From a virus (lineage: Duplodnaviria; Caudoviricetes), in IMG/VR virus record IMGVR_UViG_3300020049_002269, positions 2,188 to 66,187 of that record: a stretch of DNA of 64,000 nt; one strand, 5' to 3'. The notes under the pieces are model-generated. The model was not told where the DNA came from, did no database searches, and saw only the letters and a program-made list of their open reading frames with translations. The translations under genes and the position numbers were made by a program. The stretch's first letter is position 1, and the number at the start of each line of letters is the position of its first letter. Shown in pieces: positions 1 to 9,599 of this stretch.

Positions 1-451
1 GGTGCGACGGGGAATCGTAGGACACCCAGCGTGCAGGATCGTTCGTCAGGAAGGCGTCGATCTTGCCTGCGGTGGCGGCAGCGGTGCCCGTCTTCTGCAG
101 GATGCCCAGGTAACGCTCGTAGGTGAAGCCCTGCGGCACGGCGACGCAAGCCAGCACGGTGCCGGCGGCGATGCCAGCAGCCGACGGGATGGCGCCGGTC
201 GTGAAGTGCACCGTGGCGCTGCCGTTGGTGGCAACAGCGGCGCTGTCGTCCGATGCCAGGACAAACTCCAAGGTGCCGCTGGCGCCAGCGGTCACGGCGG
301 TCTGCACCTGGATGACCAGGTACAGGTCGCTGATCGCACCCACGTTGTTGGCAGCGCCCAGGTCGATCTGGCTGCCGACCAGGTAGGTGCCCGCAGCGCC
401 GGTGTTCACGGCAACTGCATCGGCAAACTCATTGCGAGAGTCGAGAATCAT
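1..451 (-). CDS. Capsid cement/decoration protein (Bbp16-like), runs off the left edge
   Basis: Manual translation from ATG 451: MILDSRNEFADAVAVNTGAAGTYLVGSQIDLG...YERYLG...DAFLT; directly downstream of the major capsid gene; not in the ORF track because it has no stop in the window. Confidence 0.7.
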   Translation of the reverse strand, partial: MILDSRNEFADAVAVNTGAAGTYLVGSQIDLGAANNVGAISDLYLVIQVQTAVTAGASGTLEFVLASDDSAAVATNGSATVHFTTGAIPSAAGIAAGTVLACVAVPQGFTYERYLGILQKTGTAAATAGKIDAFLTNDPARWVSYDSPSH

Positions 452-478
452 GATGTGTTCCTTTCGGTGGTCGGTGGC

Positions 479-1483
479 TTAGACCACACGGGCTTCGGTC
501 TTGGTCAGGGCGTCGACACGCTTGACGGGGATGTCGTCGAAGGTCATGACGCGCTTGCCTTCCACGGTTTCCCAATTCAGGTTGCCCGAGATCTTCTCGA
601 GGATGCCCAGACGCAGGTTCTCGCGGATGTTGCGCGGCACGTACCAGGTGGCACGGGCGCCGGTGGTCTTCACGCGCTCGGACAGCTGGATCATGGAGGT
701 GATCAGCTTCTTCTGCGCAGTCACGGCACCTGCATCACCCGCGTTCAGCACGCTGTAGTCGATGTTGGCGATGCGACCGAAGTAGCGCCAGTCGCGGATC
801 GACAGGCCCATGTCCCAGCGGTAGTGCGTGCGGTAGCCTTCCATGCGGCCGTTGCTGCCGTCGACGTTCTCGATGGTGACCTGGCCCTTGTCGGTCATCT
901 GCAGGCCAGCCTTGCTGCCCTTGGGGATGATGCCGTGGCCAGAGTTGGGCGACCATGCGCACAGCCAGATCGACATGTTGTCGTCGCCGGTGCCACCGAA
1001 GTCGATGATGTTGTCGGCGTTCTGGGCAGACAGCGAGTTGTAGCGCGGGGCCAGGCCGGTGATGCGCTCAGGGTTGGTCGTCTCGCTCTCGTAGAACAGA
1101 GCGTAGGCGGCCTGCTGGCTCATACCTTCGATGAACGCCTTGTCTTCCGACAGGCGGAAGGCGGCGGTGTTGCCGTTCAGGTCGGCCAGGGCCTTGTCGA
1201 TCTCGGCGTAGGCTTCGAGCATGCCGCACGAGTCGGTGACCTGTGCAGAGGTCGACTTCGTGGGCTGCACGCCACCGTACAGCTTGCGCCAGGTGGCCTG
1301 GGGCAGACCGGTGCGGATCGAGGTTTTGTGGCCGGTGGGCAGGTTGCCTTCGACGAAGCTCAGGTCTTCGAGGATGGCGTTGTCCTGCGACAACAGTTCG
1401 ACCAGGGTGGCGATGTTGCCGTTGGGGTCAGTGCGCTTGGCAATGTCCAGCAGCGTGGGGTTGTTTGCGTTCAGAGCAGCCAT
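479..1483 (-). CDS. Major capsid protein (BPP-1 type)
   Basis: 334 aa, MAALNANNPTLLDIAKR...TGLP..TWRKLYGGVQPTKST; position between scaffold and cement genes. Confidence 0.9.
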   Translation of the reverse strand: MAALNANNPTLLDIAKRTDPNGNIATLVELLSQDNAILEDLSFVEGNLPTGHKTSIRTGLPQATWRKLYGGVQPTKSTSAQVTDSCGMLEAYAEIDKALADLNGNTAAFRLSEDKAFIEGMSQQAAYALFYESETTNPERITGLAPRYNSLSAQNADNIIDFGGTGDDNMSIWLCAWSPNSGHGIIPKGSKAGLQMTDKGQVTIENVDGSNGRMEGYRTHYRWDMGLSIRDWRYFGRIANIDYSVLNAGDAGAVTAQKKLITSMIQLSERVKTTGARATWYVPRNIRENLRLGILEKISGNLNWETVEGKRVMTFDDIPVKRVDALTKTEARVV

Positions 1484-1496
1484 GGTGGTGGGCCTT

Positions 1497-2087
1497 TCAG
1501 TTCATGGAGGGGAACAGACGTTTTGCCGGGTCGTTGTCGGCACCTTGCGGGGAGCCGGTAACGAACCCGTCTTCGCTGATGGCCTTGCCGGCCTTGACGA
1601 GGAGCTTGATGACAGCGGGATGGTTGCCCAGTCCGCTTGCGTTCAGCACTTCCTTGAGCTCGGGTGAGCCAAAGGTGTTGAGGGTCTTGAGTGCCACGGC
1701 CATGTTCTGGTCGAACGCGTCGCCGCCGATCTCTTTGTCGGTGCGCGACTGCTCGGCCCACGCGGCCTTGGTCGTCTCGAAGACCTCTTGCTGGCGCTGT
1801 GCCATCTTGATGCCCACATCAGCCACCTTCTGCGCGGTCGCCTGGTCGAGCTTGAGCTCCTTGGCCACTGCGCTGAATTCGTCGGATGCGGTCTTGTCGA
1901 GCTCCACGCCTTCGGGCATCTGGAACGCGTAGGACTCAGGCACCACGACCTCGGCAGGTTTGTCTGCTTGGGTCTCGGTGGCCGGGGTCTGCGCGTCCGT
2001 CAGCACGGGGGCGGCAGGGTTCTCAGTGGTTTGCTGCGTCCCACCTTCGGCGGTGTCTGCGGTGGCGCTTGCTGGGGTTTCAATCAT
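1497..2087 (-). CDS. Capsid scaffolding/assembly protein
   Basis: Acidic Ala/Thr/Pro-rich N-terminus, PESYAFQMPEGVELD, GLGNHPAVIK; immediately upstream of capsid. Confidence 0.65.
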   Translation of the reverse strand: MIETPASATADTAEGGTQQTTENPAAPVLTDAQTPATETQADKPAEVVVPESYAFQMPEGVELDKTASDEFSAVAKELKLDQATAQKVADVGIKMAQRQQEVFETTKAAWAEQSRTDKEIGGDAFDQNMAVALKTLNTFGSPELKEVLNASGLGNHPAVIKLLVKAGKAISEDGFVTGSPQGADNDPAKRLFPSMN

Positions 2088-2401
2088 TGCTTGGCCTTGT
2101 ACTCTTGGAGCACTTTCATGTACCCGTCGGGGGACGCATCGAGCAGTTCAGCTGTCAGGAACAGGCCCTGGTTGCGTTTGCCTTCATTGAACGCCATGAC
2201 AGAGCCGCTGGTGTTGAACGAGCTGCGAAACACACCGGCCTCGTCCAGCAGACGAGTGGCGATGCGCCTCCCTTGGGGATGACCGAGCAACCAGCGCAGA
2301 TCGTTCAGCTCGCGCTCGCGGCGTGCGCGGGCCCCTGCCTCATCGGCTTCGGCCTCGTGCTCCTGTCGGCGCGTGTCTGTTGGATCGGTGTAGGTTGCCA
2401 C
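2084..2401 (-). CDS. Bbp19-like phage protein
   Basis: LLGHPQGRRIATRLLDEAGVFRSSFN...AFNEGKRNQGL motif typical of this family. Confidence 0.7.
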   Translation of the reverse strand: MATYTDPTDTRRQEHEAEADEAGARARRERELNDLRWLLGHPQGRRIATRLLDEAGVFRSSFNTSGSVMAFNEGKRNQGLFLTAELLDASPDGYMKVLQEYKAKQ

Positions 2402-2471
2402 GCACGCATCCTATGCGCGGTGCTACAGATCACGGACACGCAAAGGAAACAGACTACCCGTATGTTTGACA

Positions 2472-2792
2472 TCAAAGCGCCGTGCGCAGCGCCCAGGTGC
2501 TCGAAGAACCCTTGAACACGCACACCCCCGGCCCCGTGGCGTTGGTGTTGGCGATGACGTCGCCGTTCGCGTCTACTGGCAGCATCGCGAACTGTTCACC
2601 TTGGATCGTAACGAGCGCGAGCCCGTTCTGGGTTGTGAGGATCAGCCCGCCAACGGGCGGGCCGTCGCCGTGCTCGTCGCCCTGCATAACCCGCCCGTCG
2701 AGGTAGCGGTCAACCCCGTGCCCGTCCCGGTAGCCAAGCAGCACGCCTGTCTGGTCGTCCACGATCATCGGCCCGACGGCCCTGTATTTCAA
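2472..2792 (-). CDS. Hypothetical protein between portal and Bbp19-like gene
   Basis: 106-aa ORF with AGGAG RBS and codon usage matching its neighbours. Confidence 0.6.
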   Translation of the reverse strand: MKYRAVGPMIVDDQTGVLLGYRDGHGVDRYLDGRVMQGDEHGDGPPVGGLILTTQNGLALVTIQGEQFAMLPVDANGDVIANTNATGPGVCVFKGSSSTWALRTAL

Positions 2793-2810
2793 ACCCCTGT
2801 GGCTCTCCTG

Positions 2811-4499
2811 TTAAACGGTCGCACCGTTGACGGTGCCGTAGCCCTGCAGCGACTGCATCACGTCGCCGAGCCCTTGCGTGTTGATGTCGCCCGCGGTCTT
2901 GGCGGCGTCGACCATGGCGGGCATCGCGGCGGCTGACTGCTGCGCCTGCATGGCCTGTGCGCGTTGTTCACGCAGTGCTGCGACTTGGTCGTCGGGCAGG
3001 ATGATCTTGGGGTTCACACCGTAGGCGCTGCCCAGGTCGTCGACCACCTGATCGAAGTCGATCTTGTCGAGTACCTCGGGCTTCATCTGTGCGAGCCCGC
3101 CCACGGTGCCGAGCAGGCGATCCATGCCCTGCGTGGCCACTGCGCGCTGTGCCTGCGCCAGCACGCTGATGAACTCGACGTTCAGGTCCATGCCTTCGAG
3201 CTCGGGCGGGGGTGGCGGCAGGATGCCAGCTTCCTCGGCGATGTCGAAGGTGATGTCGATCAGCGGGCTCAGGAGCTCGTTGTGCAGACGCTCGAGCACG
3301 GGGCCGAGCATCAGCAACTTTTCCTCGTGTCGCTCTGCTACCTCGGTCGCGGTGATCCCGCTGCGAGTGTCGCCCTGCATCATCAGGAACAGGTCGGCGT
3401 AGTACGCCGAGCGGATGCGCTCGCGCACATCGGCGATGTCCAGGCCCAAGTGCTGTAGGTTGAGGTTGACCTCGAACGCGCTGCGCACGCCGGCCGACTG
3501 GCCCTGGCTGTCCACGTAGAACACGCCGCCGGGCAGACGAGCCTTGGTCGCCTCTTTGTAGCGAGTGGGCACCTGCAGGGGCGGGTTGACCTGGTAGTCG
3601 ATCGCCTGTCCCTTGCGCAGTTGCTGGTGCTGCAGCTGCTTCACATCGCCCAGGCACTCCATGCCGGGGCTGGTGCCGTACACGTCGTTGCCGGTGACCA
3701 CCCAGCGCGGGGCCAGCACGGGGAAGCGCTTGAAGCCCGACTCTTTCAGGAACTTGTCAGTGCCGCGCTCGTTGCCGGGCTCGAGGTAGATCGAGGCAAA
3801 GCGCATGTTCTTGGCGTCGCGCTTGGTGGCGTCACGGTTGCGCCGAGGCTCGATGATGTGCACCACGTCCACCCAGGTGTCGTAGTTGCCCTTGGTGAAC
3901 ATGTCCTGCACCGTGGTGCTGCAGTTCTCTTTGCCGAACTTCTCGACCATCTGGACCACGGTCATCTGGAACTCGCGGCACAGCGTGTCGACCTCACCCT
4001 TGTGGTTGGTGGCCAGCGCGTACTCGCCCACCGTCAGCGGGTGGTGGTGGACCACGTTGTCGAAGTCGGGCAGCACGACCGAGCAGGCGGTGCCGAACAG
4101 GCCGAGTTCCTCGTAGATCGTGTGCAGTGCGCGGTAGGTGTTGGAGCTCGCAAAGATCGCACGCAGCAACTCGGCCGTCTCATGCAGCCAGGTCTTGACC
4201 GCTGCCGACTCCATCAGGTCCTTGTCGCGGATCTCAAGGCGGAACCACGGGCGCGCCGGGCTGGTGACGCCCGACATGAGGCCGGCGGCCAGCGTGCGCA
4301 CACCGAACACTGCGGTGTTGTCGAGGATCTTGTTGGCGCGCTTGTCGCCCTTGTTGCGGTCGGTGGCGATGAACCGTCCGGCGCGGGGCTGCTGGTGCTC
4401 GCTGATCTCGCGCCAGTGCGTGACCCAGGACGAGCGCTCATTCCACAGCGCTGCCTTGCGCGCCAGCAGGCGCTGCTTGCGGTTCATCGGCTGATCCAT
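2811..4499 (-). CDS. Portal (head-to-tail connector) protein
   Basis: 562 aa; SGVTSPARPWFRL, YGTSPGMECLGDVKQLQ, TATEVAERHEEKLLMLGPVLERL are T7/BPP-1 portal motifs. Confidence 0.92.
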   Translation of the reverse strand: MDQPMNRKQRLLARKAALWNERSSWVTHWREISEHQQPRAGRFIATDRNKGDKRANKILDNTAVFGVRTLAAGLMSGVTSPARPWFRLEIRDKDLMESAAVKTWLHETAELLRAIFASSNTYRALHTIYEELGLFGTACSVVLPDFDNVVHHHPLTVGEYALATNHKGEVDTLCREFQMTVVQMVEKFGKENCSTTVQDMFTKGNYDTWVDVVHIIEPRRNRDATKRDAKNMRFASIYLEPGNERGTDKFLKESGFKRFPVLAPRWVVTGNDVYGTSPGMECLGDVKQLQHQQLRKGQAIDYQVNPPLQVPTRYKEATKARLPGGVFYVDSQGQSAGVRSAFEVNLNLQHLGLDIADVRERIRSAYYADLFLMMQGDTRSGITATEVAERHEEKLLMLGPVLERLHNELLSPLIDITFDIAEEAGILPPPPPELEGMDLNVEFISVLAQAQRAVATQGMDRLLGTVGGLAQMKPEVLDKIDFDQVVDDLGSAYGVNPKIILPDDQVAALREQRAQAMQAQQSAAAMPAMVDAAKTAGDINTQGLGDVMQSLQGYGTVNGATV

Positions 4500-4685
4500 T
4501 TACTGACCCAGCAGTGTGGCCTTGCCGGTGCTGGCACCGGTCACGCCAGAGGTACCTGTCAGCAGCGTTCCGCCGACGATGCCCGTGCGGTTGCGCTTGG
4601 CATTGTCCGTCAGGTTGGACGTGTCGGGCTGCTTAATTTCTTGCGGGGGCGGCGGGGGCGGTGGAATCTTGGGCGAGCTGCACAT
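4500..4685 (-). CDS. Small virion-associated protein
   Basis: 61 aa, Pro-rich N-terminus and TLLTG...KATLLGQ C-terminus, typical of the pre-portal gene in podoviruses. Confidence 0.6.
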   Translation of the reverse strand: MCSSPKIPPPPPPPQEIKQPDTSNLTDNAKRNRTGIVGGTLLTGTSGVTGASTGKATLLGQ

Positions 4686-4751
4686 GGTCGTGTGTCCTTG
4701 CTGGGGTTGCGCTGCATTGTGCTGCGCGCTCGCCTGCCCACGGACACGGCG

Positions 4752-6359
4752 CTAGTAGGGGCTCCAGTTGATGTCGTCGTGGTCGCCCGCCTCGCGCTCG
4801 GTGTAGCGCATCGCTCGCACCTTGGGAGTGTCGATCATGGCCAGCGCCAGTGCGCTCGCGCGGTCAGGCGATCGGCCCACCCGCTTGACGATGTCGTCGC
4901 GGCTCTCGACCTTGATGGTCATGCCCGACAACTCCCAGCGGGGGGCGCACAGTTCGGCCAGCAGGTCCTTGTCTGGTGGCAGACAGATGCCGTTGTCGGC
5001 CTCGGGGTCGAGTGCCTCTCGCAACTGCCACCACAGCTGGCTGCGCAGGTTGAAGAACGACAGCCGGCCCGACTTGTCCATGCTGGTGGCCTTCTCCGCC
5101 ACGTTGATGCCATACACCGGCTGTCCTGAGTCGTTGAGCACGTCGTAGGGGCTCGCACCCACCCCGATCACGTCCAGGTGGATGGGTGAGTGGTCGCGCT
5201 GCTCTGCGATCACCAAGCCCGCCACGGTGCGCCCGTTGGGTGTCTCGCTGCCCGGGTACATCTTGGCCGTGTCGAACCACAGCGCGGTGTCGTCGGCCTT
5301 GTGCCGCGTGAAGATGACCGTGTTGTCCTTGCCTCCTCGTGCCACGTCCACGCCCATCGAGAGCATCTCGCCTCGTGGTGAGCGCTTGCGCCAGCGCTCC
5401 ATGGCAATCTCGACCCAGCGGGTGGGCACCACCTGCCATGGGTCGTCTTCCATGCCTGCCTCGAAGTCGCCCAGCAGCATCTGGCTGCGCAGTGGCTCCG
5501 GCAGGGCCTGCAACTGTGCCATGTAGCCCGTGGAGACGAGGAAGGGGTTGTCAGTGATCTTGGACGGGATGAACGTGCGCGACTCGGGGCGCACGATCTC
5601 CTCGGGCCGGTAGGCCCGCGGGTCGAAGTCGTAGACGCGCTGCCCATGCGCCAGCACGAACATGCGGGGGTCGTCGTCCTCGACCCACACGTCCTTGCCT
5701 GTGGCGGGGTCCACGTAGACGTAGCGCAGCTTGCCCGGGGAGGTCGGGTAGAGCGGGTGGCGCTTGTCCAGCCACGGCGCAAAGAAGTCGATCACCCAGC
5801 GGCCCTCGGCCGTTGTGGGCGGGTTGAACGTCAGCAGCGTGCGCGTGCGCTGGCCGGGGCGCGTGGTGCGCACCCAGCCCTTGACGAAGCGCACCTGCTG
5901 CTCGAGGAAGTTGGCAGCCTCGTCGATGACCAGCAGGTCCTTGGGCCGGCCTTGGTACTTGGTTTCGTCGCCCAGGTTGGGCATCGAGTTGAATTCGATC
6001 TGGCGGTCCTCGTCCTCGTCACGGTAGACGGGCGGGTTGCCGTTGATCTGCTGGCGGCTGCCCAGGATCTCGGCCAGGCGGTCGATGATGCCCTTGAGCT
6101 GCGGGCCCTCGCGGCGGAACATCTGCGCCCGATGGTGCTGCGTCGTGGCCAGGCCGATGGCCAGGTCGGTCTTGCCCCCGCCAGCGGCCCCACCAAAGCC
6201 GATCACATCGGCCTCGGAGGTGTACGCCATGGTCTGTGGACCAGGTAGTGGAACCCACCGTCTCTCCTCGATGTCCTGGATCACCAGTGCGTCGAGCTCT
6301 TCGCGCTCTGCGGGGGTGAGGTAGCGCTGCAGGTCACGGACTTGGTTAGGAGTCACCAC
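4752..6359 (-). CDS. terL: Terminase large subunit
   Basis: Walker A GGAAGGGKT, Walker B LLVIDEA, motif III TFNPP, nuclease GVDVARGGKD and SPDRASAL. Confidence 0.92.
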   Translation of the reverse strand: MVTPNQVRDLQRYLTPAEREELDALVIQDIEERRWVPLPGPQTMAYTSEADVIGFGGAAGGGKTDLAIGLATTQHHRAQMFRREGPQLKGIIDRLAEILGSRQQINGNPPVYRDEDEDRQIEFNSMPNLGDETKYQGRPKDLLVIDEAANFLEQQVRFVKGWVRTTRPGQRTRTLLTFNPPTTAEGRWVIDFFAPWLDKRHPLYPTSPGKLRYVYVDPATGKDVWVEDDDPRMFVLAHGQRVYDFDPRAYRPEEIVRPESRTFIPSKITDNPFLVSTGYMAQLQALPEPLRSQMLLGDFEAGMEDDPWQVVPTRWVEIAMERWRKRSPRGEMLSMGVDVARGGKDNTVIFTRHKADDTALWFDTAKMYPGSETPNGRTVAGLVIAEQRDHSPIHLDVIGVGASPYDVLNDSGQPVYGINVAEKATSMDKSGRLSFFNLRSQLWWQLREALDPEADNGICLPPDKDLLAELCAPRWELSGMTIKVESRDDIVKRVGRSPDRASALALAMIDTPKVRAMRYTEREAGDHDDINWSPY

Positions 6360-6448
6360 TTGCCCTTGTCAGCACCGTCCAACCACGCGATGGCCGCCAG
6401 CACAGCAAGGAACCCGACCACGAGGAGAACGGCAGCGTCGAAGCTCAT
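6353..6448 (-). CDS. 31-aa single-pass membrane micropeptide
   Basis: Manual translation MSFDAAVLLVVGFLAVLAAIAWLDGADKGKW; ATG overlaps the terS stop and TGA overlaps the terL start. Confidence 0.5.
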   Translation of the reverse strand: MSFDAAVLLVVGFLAVLAAIAWLDGADKGKW

Positions 6449-6912
6449 GCCAGGTCCCCAAAGCTGTCGGCGTCGTCCTTGCGCTGCTGGGCCATAGCCA
6501 GGAGCTGAGCCACGCGGGCGGCCTTGGCGCTCTCGTCGACGATCTGCTGCACTGGGCCGCCATCGGCGCCGGTGAGCTCGGTGCGGTCCGCGTATACCTT
6601 CTTGCGCCGCCCCTTGAGGAACAGCGACAGCAGGGCGTCGCTGTAGACGCGTTCAGACCCCACCAGGGTACCCTGGTGCCACACGCCCTTGTCCGTGCCC
6701 TCCACGGCCCGCCTGAAGGCCTCCTGCTCGGCTCGGTCAACACCCTCCTCCATCGCGTCGTCCCAGGCTGCACGGAAGCTCTCGTCATTGTCGGCCGCAC
6801 GGTATGCGGTGGAGCGCTCAATCCCAACCGCAGCGCACGCACGCGAAACGACCGGCACCTCTCGCAAGGCAGCCAGGAAGGCGGGTTTCCAGTCGAAGGG
6901 GTGATGGGCCAT
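6445..6912 (-). CDS. terS: Terminase small subunit
   Basis: HTH-like N-terminus (FLAALRE..VVSRACAAVGIERSTAY), YSDALLSLFLKGRR, ELTGADGGPV; upstream of terL. Confidence 0.75.
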   Translation of the reverse strand: MAHHPFDWKPAFLAALREVPVVSRACAAVGIERSTAYRAADNDESFRAAWDDAMEEGVDRAEQEAFRRAVEGTDKGVWHQGTLVGSERVYSDALLSLFLKGRRKKVYADRTELTGADGGPVQQIVDESAKAARVAQLLAMAQQRKDDADSFGDLA

Positions 6913-6933
6913 TGCCTTGATCCTTTCACACTC

Positions 6934-7167
6934 TCAATCAGCCACGGACACGCGCACCACGCGGGCGACCACCTGCCCCCTGCGCCTGCCGCTTGCGATG
7001 TGGGCGATGCAGGACTTGCTCACGTCCAGCTTGCCTGCCACCTGCGCGTAGCTCATGCCCGACTCGAGCAGTGCCAGCGCCAGCTCGACCTCGCTGTCCA
7101 GTAGCTTGGCCCGCGGGTGAGACTGACCAACCCGCCTGCCCTGTTCGTTCAAAGTCACCGTTTTCAT
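6934..7167 (-). CDS. Small HTH DNA-binding protein
   Basis: HPRAKL...GMSYAQVAGKLDVSKSCIAHIASGRRR; start chosen at MKTVTL. Confidence 0.6.
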   Translation of the reverse strand: MKTVTLNEQGRRVGQSHPRAKLLDSEVELALALLESGMSYAQVAGKLDVSKSCIAHIASGRRRGQVVARVVRVSVAD

Positions 7168-7224
7168 CGCCAGAACCTTTCTTGCAAAACTTTGCACGTT
7201 CAGCATCAAAACACCCCCGATCCA

Positions 7225-7332
7225 TGCAACGCTGCAACGTGCCTATAGGCTTACGTTGCGTTGCGTTGCAGTTTTTGGATCTTCGCAACACTGCAACACG
7301 TATGTAACGTTGCGCCGTGTTGCAGTGTTGCA
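7225..7332. repeat. Cluster of 10 GCAAC/GTTGC pentamers in two dyads; probable replication origin
   Basis: Perfect 16-bp inverted repeat GCAACACTGCAACACG (7285-7300) / CGTGTTGCAGTGTTGC (7316-7331); second dyad centred on GCCTATAGGC; non-coding, just downstream of the primase. Confidence 0.6.
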
Positions 7333-7358
7333 GGTCCAATCCGCAAACATTTGCATGT

Positions 7359-9335
7359 TCAGCACACCGCGATACAACCATCGTCACCCAACCAGTAGGG
7401 CGCATCGTCGCCCACTGTCAGTGCTTCAAGCGCTCGGCGCACGCGCATCTTGCGAGTGTCGCGCTTGCCATCGGCCGGCGGTTCCATGCGTTTGACCGCC
7501 TCTGCGATCACCGGGCCCACCTCAATGCCTGCGGTCTGAGACAGGGCAATCTCCTGGATCACGTCGTTGACGACCCTCTCAACGGCGCCCAGTTTGCGAA
7601 TGGCCGACACCCCACCCGCTGGCAGGGCAGCCTCGACCACCACGCAACTGGTGATGGGATCGAGGTCCTCGTCCACGCCCAACTGCACGACGTCAAGATC
7701 AAAGCCCCACTCGAGCCCGTCCTCGCCGTCCTTGCTCTTGGTCAGCTTCAGGGCGCGGCCCGTGTCAGTGCGCACCACCTCGATCTCGGCGTCACACGCA
7801 GCGCGCAGGCCCGACCAGCCACGGGCACCCTTGGTGGCGTCCTTGCCACTGTGGTGGATCAGCAGCACCATGGCACCGGTGTTCTCGTGGATGCGCTTGC
7901 AGTAGCCCAGCGCCTTGCCCACGTCCTCGCCCGCGTTCTCGTTGGCACCCGGTGTGGTCTGGGCGAAGGTGTCGATGATGATCAGGTCGGCACCACCGCT
8001 GGCCTTGATGCCCTTGGCCACGTCCACCGCGTCCTGCTTCTCGAGCAGGTTGGGCGCGGCGTTGAGCACCGTCATCGGCACCGTGGCGAGGTCGACGGCG
8101 TTGTGCTGTGCATAGGCCGCCAAGCGCTTGCGAAAGCCATCAGCGCCTTCGGCGGCGATGTAGGCCACCCTGCCCTGCTTGACCCTGCGCCCGCGCCACT
8201 CAGCCCCCCTGGCGATCGCCATGCCCATGTCAAGTACCACGAACGACTTGCCCGACCCGCTGGCACCGTAGACCACGCCGAGCCCCGCCTTGGGCAGCAC
8301 ACCCTTGATGATCCACGGCAGTGCCTGCGTGCTGCTGAAGCTGTGCACGGGCTCGAACACGAAGCGCGGCGTGTCGGCGACATTGATGTCGTCGACTTGA
8401 TCCACCAGGCACTCGAACTCGTCAGCACTGGCCGGCGTGTTCAGGTTGATGCCCGCCAGCTTGAGTGCTGTTCGGATCGTGACGGTGCGCCCATCGTTCT
8501 TGCCGAACGAATCCCAGCGCTGCTGCAGCACCTCGGTGCCCGGGTACTTGTCGCTTTGCGCGCTCCAGTTGTCCCAGAACTCGAAGCCCGCGCCCGAGGT
8601 CTCGTGGTGCAGACCCATGCCGACGTGCAGCCAGTCGTCGTGGCCCAGGTCTGGGTCAAGGCGGCGCAGCATCTCCTCAATCTTGAACCGTGACAGGCCA
8701 ACCACTGGGGTGTCGCTGTTGACGATCTCGGGCTCCCATTGCGCACGCCCAAAGCGGCGCTCGAACAACGCCACTGCCTCGGTGTTCAGCGGTGCCACGG
8801 TGTCGTCGTTGCCCAGCAGCTCGGTGATGTCCAGCGTGTTGCCGGTGAAAGTCACGAAGCCCTTGGCACTGAACGTCTCAAAGCCGAACTCGTTGGATGT
8901 GCTCTTGTGGTCCTTGTGGTCACCGAGGTCACCCTTGAACAGGACCCGAATGCCCTTACCGCTGGGGCTGAACTCGGCGTAGGTGTCGGACAGCAGCGCC
9001 TCGACCTCGGGGTGGATCTTGCCGTCGCTGATGCAGTCGTCGAAGTCCAGCGCGCAGATGCCGAACTGGGGCAGCGTGGCGATGCCTACACCGTCAAACC
9101 CCCGGCGCGCGGCCGCACGCTTGGCCGCGTCGAAGGTGACCAGGTTGGCCACGTCGGTGGGGCCGCCCTGCTTGCCGTAGCGCTTGTTGCCGTTGGCGTA
9201 GTAGGGAACCTTGCGGGGCTTGGCCTCGCCCTCGTGGTGCTCAAGGCGCCACATGACCCACGCGGGCAGGTCACGGATCGCGGCGGGGGCCTCGACGTTG
9301 CGAAGGTAGGGAGTGATCTGGGCGACGTTACTCAT
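7359..9335 (-). CDS. Primase-helicase (primase N-terminus, PriCT-2, AAA_25/RepA-type helicase)
   Basis: CALDFDDC, YAEFSPSGKGIR, DWLHVGMGLHH, Walker A GASGSGKS, IIIDT; start at MSNVAQ (9335) with GGAGG RBS. Confidence 0.88.
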   Translation of the reverse strand: MSNVAQITPYLRNVEAPAAIRDLPAWVMWRLEHHEGEAKPRKVPYYANGNKRYGKQGGPTDVANLVTFDAAKRAAARRGFDGVGIATLPQFGICALDFDDCISDGKIHPEVEALLSDTYAEFSPSGKGIRVLFKGDLGDHKDHKSTSNEFGFETFSAKGFVTFTGNTLDITELLGNDDTVAPLNTEAVALFERRFGRAQWEPEIVNSDTPVVGLSRFKIEEMLRRLDPDLGHDDWLHVGMGLHHETSGAGFEFWDNWSAQSDKYPGTEVLQQRWDSFGKNDGRTVTIRTALKLAGINLNTPASADEFECLVDQVDDINVADTPRFVFEPVHSFSSTQALPWIIKGVLPKAGLGVVYGASGSGKSFVVLDMGMAIARGAEWRGRRVKQGRVAYIAAEGADGFRKRLAAYAQHNAVDLATVPMTVLNAAPNLLEKQDAVDVAKGIKASGGADLIIIDTFAQTTPGANENAGEDVGKALGYCKRIHENTGAMVLLIHHSGKDATKGARGWSGLRAACDAEIEVVRTDTGRALKLTKSKDGEDGLEWGFDLDVVQLGVDEDLDPITSCVVVEAALPAGGVSAIRKLGAVERVVNDVIQEIALSQTAGIEVGPVIAEAVKRMEPPADGKRDTRKMRVRRALEALTVGDDAPYWLGDDGCIAVC

Positions 9336-9472
9336 CTGCAGCCTCCCTGACCGCGGTGCGGTCGACACCTTTGGGGAGATGCGCGGATGGCGTCATCAAG
9401 GCGGGTGTCTGCGTTCTCGCGGGCCTCGGAAAAGAGGCGGTCCCAAGAGGCAGAGATTTCGTGCAAAAACAT
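9332..9472 (-). CDS. 46-aa leader ORF translationally coupled to the primase
   Basis: Manual translation MFLHEISASWDRLFSEAREN...GGCR; its TGA overlaps the primase ATG (ATGA). Confidence 0.45.
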   Translation of the reverse strand: MFLHEISASWDRLFSEARENADTRLDDAIRASPQRCRPHRGQGGCR

Positions 9473-9489
9473 AGGCGACTTTCACAAAT

Positions 9490-9561
9490 CGCCATGGGTG
9501 GGTGCTCCGAAGTCGCCAAACCCTACCCGCTGTCCACGGGCCGGAACACCCACCCATGGCG
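9490..9561 (-). ncRNA. Putative C4/CI-like antisense RNA
   Basis: Perfect 15-bp closing stem (9490-9504 / 9547-9561) around two small hairpins whose sequences are complementary to flanking 6-8 nt targets. Confidence 0.5.
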
Positions 9562-9599
9562 GGACAGTTTGGTTTGGCCCCTCGACTGTAGCACGGGCT

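Noticed and set aside
6934-7167. HNH homing endonuclease
   Set aside because: Only the DNA-binding HTH-like part is present; there is no HNH catalytic motif
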